NCBI GenBank assembly: GCA_965248335.1 | Contig: CBDFIY010000003.1 | Coordinates: 1,758,920 to 1,822,919 of the forward strand | Reading direction: 5' to 3' | DNA from: Pseudomonadales bacterium | Lineage (GTDB): Bacteria; Pseudomonadota; Gammaproteobacteria; Pseudomonadales; DT-91 | DNA: 64,000 nt | Shown here: positions 56,570-64,000 of the stretch, one piece after another | How positions within the stretch are numbered: position 1 is the first letter of the stretch | How the letters are laid out: each line of letters starts with the position of its first letter | Position numbers and translations under genes: made by a program | Notes under the pieces: model-generated | Told to the model about the DNA's origin: nothing | Seen by the model: the letters and a program-made list of their open reading frames with translations, nothing else | The model's database searches: none

Positions 56570-57403
56570 ATGAAATATCTACAACAGTTTTTTGTTCTTT
56601 TATTGATAGCGCCCAGTGTATTCGCTGAGCAACGCCTCGTGACCATCGACGGATCAATCACCGAAATCGTTTATGCGTTAGGTGAAGAATCACAATTAGT
56701 TGCACGGGATGATACGAGTATCTACCCAGAAGCCGTTCATCAATTACCGAGTGTTGGTTACATGCGCGCACTGTCAACAGAGGGCGTATTATCCGTTAAG
56801 CCGACTAAAGTATTGGTGACTGAATCTGCCGGGCCAGATATTGTACTAAAACAACTATCGCGTTCTTCAGTAGATGTTGTCACGATAAAAACAGCAGCGA
56901 GCCTTGACGGTGTACGAGAAAAAATACAAAAAGTCGGTCATGAATTAGGAGATCCTCAGAAAATTCAGGCATTAATCAGCAGTTACGATAAGCAAGTAAG
57001 CTCACTTGAAAATTTGTTATCTGAAAAAGTTCATGCTTTTGCAGGTAAAAAAACCCTTATTTTTTTAGGTATGCAAGCAAATCAATTAAATGCAGCAGGG
57101 AAAAACACCAAAGCACAGGCTGTAATGGATATTCTTGGATTACATAACGCGGTTTCGCACCAAGCGTATAAGCCACTAAGCCGAGAAGCACTACTAGCGG
57201 TTAATCCTGAAGTTATCATCGTGGCCGCTCACGGGAAGATCGACCAAAATAAATTGAAAATGCAGTTCAGTTTTACCGATGCGTTTAAGCACAATCGTAT
57301 CATTTTTGTCAGTAGTGCTGAGTTGCTGAGCTTTGGTCCACGGTTGCCTAAAGTTTTATTGCACATCGCTTCGTCATTAGCTAATGACGAGAAAGACGCA
57401 TGA
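56570..57403 (+). CDS. hutB: Hemin ABC transporter periplasmic substrate-binding protein.
   Basis: Signal peptide plus the class-III SBP fold of the HmuT/HutB family. It is followed by the FecCD permease and the ATPase. Confidence 0.75.
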   Translation: MKYLQQFFVLLLIAPSVFAEQRLVTIDGSITEIVYALGEESQLVARDDTSIYPEAVHQLPSVGYMRALSTEGVLSVKPTKVLVTESAGPDIVLKQLSRSSVDVVTIKTAASLDGVREKIQKVGHELGDPQKIQALISSYDKQVSSLENLLSEKVHAFAGKKTLIFLGMQANQLNAAGKNTKAQAVMDILGLHNAVSHQAYKPLSREALLAVNPEVIIVAAHGKIDQNKLKMQFSFTDAFKHNRIIFVSSAELLSFGPRLPKVLLHIASSLANDEKDA

Positions 57404-58431
57404 GAACAGCGTATTACCCGCTGCTCTCCATAGCGTGTGGCCTATTGATGGCGGCATCACTGTCAATAGGCGCGATGTCTATTGCTTGGGGTGATCTTTT
57501 TTTTGCCGTGAAAGGGCTGGTATTTGATCTCATCAGCAACGATGATCCTTTATCACTTGTCCAGTTTTTGATCGTCGAAGTGCGCTTGCCACGAACAATC
57601 ACCGCATTGTTCGTGGGTGCCTCACTGGCTGCAGCCGGTGTGGCGATGCAAGGGCTGTTCCGTAACCCCTTGGCGGATCCGAGTTTAATCGGTGTGTCAT
57701 CCGGTGCCTCGCTTGGTGCGGTGTGCGTTATCGTTTTGTTGGGTGGGATGGGTGCAACAACACTGAGTTACCTCCTGCCAATGGGCGCTTTTCTGGGTGG
57801 GATCGTCGCTACTGTGATTGTCTATAAAATTGCCACGCACCTCTCACAAACCGATACAGCCTTATTATTACTGGCAGGCATTGCCGTTAACGCCATAGCC
57901 GGCTCAGGTGTTGGGCTGCTTAGCTATTTTGCGAACGATCAGGCACTCAGAGATTTAACCCTGTGGTCAATGGGGAGTGTGGCGAAAAGCTCTTGGGTGG
58001 GATTAGCGATTGCTTCGCCTATATTGATGATTAGCTGCTTAAAACTGTTGTCTTATCGCGCATTGCTCAACGCTTTAGTTATGGGAGAGGCGGTTGCTGG
58101 TCATATTGGTCATGATGTGAAGAAACTTAAAATACGGCTGCTCATATTAACAACACTTATCGTCAGCACGGCTGTTTCGATCAGCGGCGTTATCATGTTT
58201 TTGGGGCTAGTCGTACCGCACCTTTTACGCTTACTGATTGGCGCTGATCATAAACATTTGCTACCGCTTTCGATGTTGTTAGGTGCATCGGTTTTGTTGA
58301 TCGCGGATATTTTTTCGCGGTTGGTGATTGCGCCTGCCGAGCTACCCATCGGTCTTGTGATGTCCTTTATTGGGGCACCTTTTTTTATTTTTCTACTCCT
58401 TAAGCAGAAGAGACAAAGGGCTATAGGTTAA
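57400..58431 (+). CDS. hutC: Hemin ABC transporter permease (FecCD family).
   Basis: 343-aa polytopic FecCD-type permease. It overlaps hutB by 4 bp. Confidence 0.8.
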   Translation: MRTAYYPLLSIACGLLMAASLSIGAMSIAWGDLFFAVKGLVFDLISNDDPLSLVQFLIVEVRLPRTITALFVGASLAAAGVAMQGLFRNPLADPSLIGVSSGASLGAVCVIVLLGGMGATTLSYLLPMGAFLGGIVATVIVYKIATHLSQTDTALLLLAGIAVNAIAGSGVGLLSYFANDQALRDLTLWSMGSVAKSSWVGLAIASPILMISCLKLLSYRALLNALVMGEAVAGHIGHDVKKLKIRLLILTTLIVSTAVSISGVIMFLGLVVPHLLRLLIGADHKHLLPLSMLLGASVLLIADIFSRLVIAPAELPIGLVMSFIGAPFFIFLLLKQKRQRAIG

Positions 58432-58464
58432 TGTCATGCTAGAGGTTAACGTGAGAGGTTACTT

Positions 58465-59253
58465 ATGGCTTTAGTGGTTGAAGATATCACCGTTCGCTTA
58501 CAAGGAAAAAGCGTTCTTGATCGGGTTTCATTATCCGTGGAGCCGGGTGAGGTTCTCGCGATTTGTGGTGCAAACGGCGCGGGGAAATCCACCCTGTTAA
58601 AAGCAATAAGCAAAGATATTTTGCCAGCATCGGGCAGTATTCACATCAATGGCAGTGATATTCATTCACTTTCCTCTGCTGAAATGGCACTTAAACGTGC
58701 CATGATGCCGCAGCAAGTGGATATTCACTTTCATTTTTCAGCACGAGAATTGATTGAAATTGGCCTTTTCTTAACGCAAAGCCTTGAAGCGCGTAATAGG
58801 TTAGTCGATAAAGTGGCGCAAATGCTCGATTTAAAAGGCTTATTGGATAGAAGCTATTTAACGCTTTCTGGTGGGCAAAAACAGCGCGTACAGCTCGCAC
58901 GTGTTATCGGGCAAATATTGCAGGGCGATACTGATGAGCCACGCTATTTATTATTGGATGAGTGTACCTCAGCGATGGACATTGCGATGGTAGGCCAAGT
59001 GTTTAGTGTGTTGACTCAGCTCGTCAGGAAAATGCCTGATAAGCTTGCCGTTATTGCTGTGGTACATGATTTGAATATTGCCAGCTTATATGCGGACCGG
59101 ATTGCCTTCATACACCGAAAGAGCTGTTCATACGTGGGGAAACCGCAGGAATTGTTAAACGAAGAGACCGTTCAGGAAGTGTTTGGCACCCCGGTAACCA
59201 TTATGGCGCACCCCGATAACCAATCACCGATGGTTATGCATAAAGTCTTGTAA
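58465..59253 (+). CDS. hutD: Hemin import ATP-binding protein.
   Basis: Walker A GANGAGKST, ABC signature LSGGQKQRV, and Walker B LLLDE. Confidence 0.85.
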   Translation: MALVVEDITVRLQGKSVLDRVSLSVEPGEVLAICGANGAGKSTLLKAISKDILPASGSIHINGSDIHSLSSAEMALKRAMMPQQVDIHFHFSARELIEIGLFLTQSLEARNRLVDKVAQMLDLKGLLDRSYLTLSGGQKQRVQLARVIGQILQGDTDEPRYLLLDECTSAMDIAMVGQVFSVLTQLVRKMPDKLAVIAVVHDLNIASLYADRIAFIHRKSCSYVGKPQELLNEETVQEVFGTPVTIMAHPDNQSPMVMHKVL

Positions 59254-59391
59254 ATATGCTTGTTTGCGCTGAGGGAAGCACGGCGCTTTTTTAAGCTTTA
59301 GTTGATCGATTGATGGCTTTTTAAGAGCAACGTCAATTTTATGGCTATAGTCACTGTGGAGGATTTATATTTTTATTGCAAAAAGTAGCCA

Positions 59392-61842
59392 ATGGCCAAG
59401 TCACTTCTTTATATACTTCTGATCGTTATTTGTTCATCGTGTAGTTATGATCAGTCCAGTAATAAACTTTCTACGCCGTTTACACATAGCCCGAGAACGC
59501 TGAGCACTCAATATAGTCATGATGAAGTTTGTCAGGCGCCTTATATCCGAGAAGATATTCTTAACACCTACCATTATTTGATATCAGAATCTGTACAGGC
59601 AGAGGCATGCGATGCGCTTTATGAGGCCGGATATTCTCTGGATAAACGTGGTTTATTAGAGGAGGGTATTGTTGAAGATAAGGTTGAGGCTCTTGGCAGT
59701 CAATACAAAACTTTTGGTCTTAAGGATAAAGTGACTATCGGCATCATGGTCGCCTCAACGTTACTGGGGCTTTTGATTAGCTATGAAATATATCAGCGAA
59801 AAAAGATGTCAGGAAAACATTCTCCTCTGAGTGAAAAAAAGCAAACCACGTTATCTTTACTGGCATCGTTTCAGCAGGCAAAAGATGAGTATTTATTGCA
59901 TAAGATGCCTCAGCGTTATCGCCAGCAACTCGAAGATATCTGGCAAAGTGTTTTTGAGTGGCAAAGTAAAGAGTTGTGGTTGCTGAAAGCCGATTTGTTG
60001 GATGAGGTAGATAAGCTTGTTCAAATGAACCCCGATGATATTCTCCCCATTAGCTTCGATAAACATCCAAATTACTTGGTGGGTATACCGCCGTCAAAAC
60101 ACTTTGTACCGCTTGTGGAATACAATGATATTGGTCATTTTACACAAACGATGGCGTACTTCGATAATCTCTCTGATGATGAGCTTATTAGCAGAGGTAT
60201 CAAGAAAACAGATCTATCAGGTGTTGATAAAACTGCATTTATAGGACTGCTTGAATCTCAAGGCGGTAAGGCTTTTATTAAAGAGTCATCTAAAATTGGC
60301 TCGGTTATTAATGCTGTTTATAAGAAAGATGGTGTCATCAATCAATTGACTCGAAGTAAGTTTCTCTTAAAAACAATGACTCATTATATGGGGTGGAATA
60401 GTCGGCGAAAAGCAACCCCGTTATCCATTGCCGGTACTGCGAGAACTTTGGGTATTACGCCTTATGAAGTTACGTCATACGCCCATGGTCAGCGAGTTTA
60501 CCGTGGCCCCTCTTATTTATTTGGAAAAAATATTCGCGAGTTCGAAAACTTTAATACCTTTTTTGTGAGAGACCTTACGCCAACCGCGCGTGAAGATTAT
60601 CTTAGGGATGCAAAAGAAAAGAATGCATCCTTACTTGCTAGTTATCATCGAGCAAATGATGCGGGTGTATCTGCTATTGTCATTTCTAATGCGGATGCAC
60701 GATTACGCTTTACCACGCTAAATAAAGGCGAGCTGGGTAAGCCGCAAAAAATTGTCGGAAAAGTGTTAAATGAAGCAGCCGCTGAAATGGCAAAAAATCA
60801 ATCGGATAACCCTATTTATTATGGTGAAAAGTATGATTTTAAAGTGTCCGATTCTTTTTTAGTTGATGTAGATAGCACAGGCAAAAGGCGTACTAATGAT
60901 TTTGAGACTCAACACTTTTCCCCTCAGCTAAAGCTTAACAATGCCAAGGCAGAGTTATTAGGGCTTTTGTATGATGACATGAACCAACGAGGCGTTATTC
61001 AAGTTACGCAGCGTCTTGCCCCTGCCGATATTCATAACTATACTGCAGCCGTTAACGGGACAGCCTTAAATCATTTAGAAGCCGTTGAATTTTTAGAAAA
61101 TAAAATGAATGTTGCCGGTGCTGATAAAAATCCGAAATTAGAAAAACTTAAACATTTCTTTGTTGATCAAGCATCAGAGAACTTAGGTTCAGTTATCGAA
61201 ATTTCAGGTAATCAATATTCAGTATCCACAGAAGCCGTTAGCCATAAACCTAATATACTTGCACAGAACAACCGCAAAATAATGATGCTTAAGCATGAAG
61301 GTACGGATATGTATTCAATACATATTTTTATTGGTGCAACGGGCGTTGATCAGGTCAATATCGACGAAGGGGCTGTGTATAGCGAGCAAGGTGATAGGCT
61401 AGGGGATATGGCTTTTGGCAGTGAGTCTGGTGGCCATAAGTTGAAAGCAGGGAAGCCCATTGGCCGCTTTCCGGTGAATGGCTCGACTGTTCAATCATTT
61501 TACTTCACGGATGATTTTGAATTATTACCCGACATTACTGCTTACAATAAGGCGTTCGGTAATAAAGAGTTTATGCCTGAAATACGCGCAAAAATGGGCA
61601 ACCCTATTCTCAAAATGAAAACAAATCGCCTTGATGATGTGACGGCTGATTTGTTTGCAGAAGATTTACTTAAACAGCATGATCGTACATTTGATTGGGA
61701 TAAAGACAAAATTATTACTGCACTTAGGGCGGATCATACACGTAGAAATCTTATCCCTACATCGTTTGATTCAAGCCATGGCGATATGTTTATTCATAAA
61801 ATCATTGAGGCCGGGAAGGCTATTCAGCGCAGGCGACGGTGA
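59392..61842 (+). CDS. Large hypothetical protein (816 aa) with an N-terminal lipoprotein-like signal and one predicted TM segment. No recognisable domains.
   Basis: MAKSLLYILLIVICSSCSY... N-terminus, plus a hydrophobic stretch VTIGIMVASTLLGLLISYEIY. The ORF is continuous. A terminator follows it. Confidence 0.6.
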   Translation: MAKSLLYILLIVICSSCSYDQSSNKLSTPFTHSPRTLSTQYSHDEVCQAPYIREDILNTYHYLISESVQAEACDALYEAGYSLDKRGLLEEGIVEDKVEALGSQYKTFGLKDKVTIGIMVASTLLGLLISYEIYQRKKMSGKHSPLSEKKQTTLSLLASFQQAKDEYLLHKMPQRYRQQLEDIWQSVFEWQSKELWLLKADLLDEVDKLVQMNPDDILPISFDKHPNYLVGIPPSKHFVPLVEYNDIGHFTQTMAYFDNLSDDELISRGIKKTDLSGVDKTAFIGLLESQGGKAFIKESSKIGSVINAVYKKDGVINQLTRSKFLLKTMTHYMGWNSRRKATPLSIAGTARTLGITPYEVTSYAHGQRVYRGPSYLFGKNIREFENFNTFFVRDLTPTAREDYLRDAKEKNASLLASYHRANDAGVSAIVISNADARLRFTTLNKGELGKPQKIVGKVLNEAAAEMAKNQSDNPIYYGEKYDFKVSDSFLVDVDSTGKRRTNDFETQHFSPQLKLNNAKAELLGLLYDDMNQRGVIQVTQRLAPADIHNYTAAVNGTALNHLEAVEFLENKMNVAGADKNPKLEKLKHFFVDQASENLGSVIEISGNQYSVSTEAVSHKPNILAQNNRKIMMLKHEGTDMYSIHIFIGATGVDQVNIDEGAVYSEQGDRLGDMAFGSESGGHKLKAGKPIGRFPVNGSTVQSFYFTDDFELLPDITAYNKAFGNKEFMPEIRAKMGNPILKMKTNRLDDVTADLFAEDLLKQHDRTFDWDKDKIITALRADHTRRNLIPTSFDSSHGDMFIHKIIEAGKAIQRRRR

Positions 61843-61865
61843 AGCTTTAATATTAAGAATTAGGC

Positions 61866-61892
61866 GAAAAAAACCCGCTATAGAGCGGGTTT
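61866..61892. terminator. Bidirectional Rho-independent terminator between the 816-aa ORF and acnB.
   Basis: AAAAAAA-CCCGC-TATAGA-GCGGG-TTT. The A-run and T-run flanking the hairpin would serve both strands. Confidence 0.65.
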
Positions 61893-61914
61893 GATGATAA
61901 GAGTAGCGCAGGTT

Positions 61915-64000
61915 TTAACTCGCTTGATCAATTTGTACGGCAGCAATCTTAGCGCCATCTTCTGCACTCTTTTGGAATTCAGCAATCTGATCAAAGCTTA
62001 AGTAGCGATAAATGTCATCAGACATGGTCTCAAGTTTACTCGCAAACTGAGTATATTCCTCAGCAGTCGGCAGTTTACCTAAAATTGCACCAACAGAGGC
62101 AAGCTCTGCGGAGGTCAGATAAACGTTTGCGCCATCACCTAGGCGGTTAGGGAAGTTACGCGTAGAGGTAGAAAGTACGGTGCTGTTTGGTGCAACACGG
62201 GCTTGGTTACCCATGCATAGCGAGCAGCCGGGCATTTCTGTACGAGCGCCAGCACGGCCAAAAATGTTGTAGTAGCCTTCTTCCATTAACTGATGCTCGT
62301 CCATTTTTGTCGGTGGAGATATCCATAAGCGAGTGCTTAGCTCACCATTGTGTGCATCCAGCAATTTTCCTGCTGCACGGAAATGGCCAATGTTGGTCAT
62401 GCAAGAACCGATGAAAACTTCATCGACTTTATTGCCGGCAACATCTGACAGTGTTTTGGCATCATCAGGGTCGTTAGGGCAGCAAACAATCGGCTCTTTA
62501 ATGGCATCCAGATCTATTTCGATAACTTCTAAATATTCTGCATCGCTATCTGCTTTCATTAAAGTAGGTGCTGCAAGCCATTCTTCCATTTTGCGTGCAC
62601 GGCGCTCAAGGGTGCGAACATCACCGTAACCGTTAGCAATCATGGCGCGAAGTAAAGTGACGTTTGATCGCATGTATTCAACGAGCTTTTCTTCATTGAG
62701 AGCAATGGTACAACCTGCGGCTGAGCGCTCAGCTGAAGCGTCTGAAAGTTCAAACGCTTGCTCTATGGTGAGAGCGTCTAAACCTTCGATTTCTAGGATA
62801 CGGCCAGAGAAAATATTTTTCTTGCCTTTTTTCTCAACGGTGAGGTGACCTTCTTTGATCGCTTGATAGGGGATAGCATGGACTAAATCACGTAGGGTGA
62901 TACCGGGTTGCATCTTTCCTTTAAATCGGACCAATACAGATTCAGGCATATCCAAAGGCATGACACCTGTGGCCGCAGCAAACGCCACAAGACCGGAGCC
63001 TGCAGGAAATGAAATACCCATAGGGAAACGTGTGTGAGAATCGCCGCCGGTACCAACAGTATCAGGCAGTAGCATGCGGTTTAACCAAGAATGTATGATG
63101 CCATCGCCCGGCTTTAATGAAACGCCTCCACGATTCTTGATGAAATCTGGCAGTGTATGTTGCGTATCGATGTCGACAGGCTTGGGATAAGCGGCCGTGT
63201 GGCAAAATGATTGCATGACTAAATCAGCTGAAAAACCAAGGCAAGCGAGGTCTTTTAACTCGTCTCGCGTCATAGGGCCTGTGGTATCTTGAGAGCCAAC
63301 GGTGGTCATTTTTGGTTCACAATAAGTCCCGGCGCGAATGCCGTCAACGCCACATGCCTTACCAACCATTTTTTGGGCAAGCGTGAAGCCTTTGTCTGAA
63401 CTTTTTGGGGGAGTAGGTTTTCTGAAAAGTTCGGATTCGTCTAGGCTTAAAGATTCGCGAGCCTTTGTTGTTAAGCCACGGCCAATGATGAGGTTGATAC
63501 GGCCGCCAGCTTGTACTTCATCAAGTAAAACGTCTGATTTTAAAGCGAATTCACTGATGATGTCACCGGATTCTGAAAGGATTTTTCCATCGTAAGGGCG
63601 AATTTCGATGACATCCCCCATGCTGAGCTTTTCAACGGGCGCTTCAAAAACTAAGGCACCAGCATCTTCCATGGTGTTGTAGAAAATAGGTGCAACCTTT
63701 TCACCGATACAAATGCCACCGCCTTTTTTGTTGGGTACGCCATCAAGCTCTTCACCAAAAAACCAGAGGACAGAGTTAGTCGCTGATTTACGTGAAGAAC
63801 CCGTGCCGACAACATCACCGACAAAAGCAACAGGGTAGCCTTTATCTTTAACGGCTTTAACTTGAGACATGCAGCCTATGACGCCATGCTCTTCAGGTGT
63901 AATGCCATCACGCGTCATTTTATACATGGCGCGTGCGTGTAAAGGTATGTCGGGACGACTCCATGCATCTGGTGCAGGAGATAGGTCATCGGTATTGGTT
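61915..64000 (-). CDS. acnB: Aconitate hydratase B (bifunctional aconitase 2 / 2-methylisocitrate dehydratase). Only the 3' part is in the window; the N-terminus lies beyond position 64000.
   Basis: The frame stays open upstream of the first Met to the window edge. The translated upstream segment (...[25 protein letters not shown]...) matches the conserved AcnB region around residue 200. The C-terminal aconitase catalytic domain is present. Confidence 0.85.
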   Translation of the reverse strand, partial: TNTDDLSPAPDAWSRPDIPLHARAMYKMTRDGITPEEHGVIGCMSQVKAVKDKGYPVAFVGDVVGTGSSRKSATNSVLWFFGEELDGVPNKKGGGICIGEKVAPIFYNTMEDAGALVFEAPVEKLSMGDVIEIRPYDGKILSESGDIISEFALKSDVLLDEVQAGGRINLIIGRGLTTKARESLSLDESELFRKPTPPKSSDKGFTLAQKMVGKACGVDGIRAGTYCEPKMTTVGSQDTTGPMTRDELKDLACLGFSADLVMQSFCHTAAYPKPVDIDTQHTLPDFIKNRGGVSLKPGDGIIHSWLNRMLLPDTVGTGGDSHTRFPMGISFPAGSGLVAFAAATGVMPLDMPESVLVRFKGKMQPGITLRDLVHAIPYQAIKEGHLTVEKKGKKNIFSGRILEIEGLDALTIEQAFELSDASAERSAAGCTIALNEEKLVEYMRSNVTLLRAMIANGYGDVRTLERRARKMEEWLAAPTLMKADSDAEYLEVIEIDLDAIKEPIVCCPNDPDDAKTLSDVAGNKVDEVFIGSCMTNIGHFRAAGKLLDAHNGELSTRLWISPPTKMDEHQLMEEGYYNIFGRAGARTEMPGCSLCMGNQARVAPNSTVLSTSTRNFPNRLGDGANVYLTSAELASVGAILGKLPTAEEYTQFASKLETMSDDIYRYLSFDQIAEFQKSAEDGAKIAAVQIDQAS

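Overview
This 64-kb window looks like a marine gammaproteobacterial chromosome. Housekeeping genes are interleaved with a dense field of insertion sequences and a small intergenic repeat family.

Core genes recognised from their protein sequence:
- serS, cysG, gor; meaB/argK; an SMP-30 family protein; a DEAD-box RNA helicase (rhlE); cysC and sat.
- leuA preceded by a Leu-rich leader peptide, then holD-like and rimI.
- A heme-uptake locus (hutX/hutZ on the minus strand, a TonB-dependent receptor, a lipoprotein, hutB/hutC/hutD on the plus strand) with a Fur box between the divergent promoters.
- The 3' part of acnB, which runs off the window end.

Mobile DNA dominates the first 20 kb and recurs later. 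At least 13 IS copies or fragments from about 11 families are present: IS110 x2, IS66, IS4 fragment, IS10-like IS4 family x2, IS6 fragment, ISAzo13, IS1595, IS200/IS605, IS630, IS3, ISAs1 and an IS5/IS1182-like element. Most are inactivated by a frameshift, by truncation, or by another IS landing inside them. A 127-bp MITE-like repeat with TATACC...GGTATA ends occurs four times in full and once as a fragment.

The most unusual locus is an accessory island bracketed by an IS3 and an ISAs1. It carries a co-directional operon of an NfeD/YqiJ-like membrane protein, a YqiK-like SPFH/flotillin protein, and a giant 1767-aa ORF with an AAA+ (MoxR/AAA_5-like) ATPase core and long coiled-coil regions. 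This is the best candidate here for an undescribed membrane-anchored ATPase system.

Other points of interest:
- A Tn10-like inverted pair of IS10-like copies bracketing an orphan arsenite exporter. One copy is defective through a poly-C tract length difference (C6 vs C8).
- A (GGATAAA)x12 microsatellite.
- Two tandem secreted paralogs.
- Diverged direct repeats of the gor 3' end flanking an IS200+IS630 insert.
- An 816-aa orphan lipoprotein-like ORF next to the heme locus.
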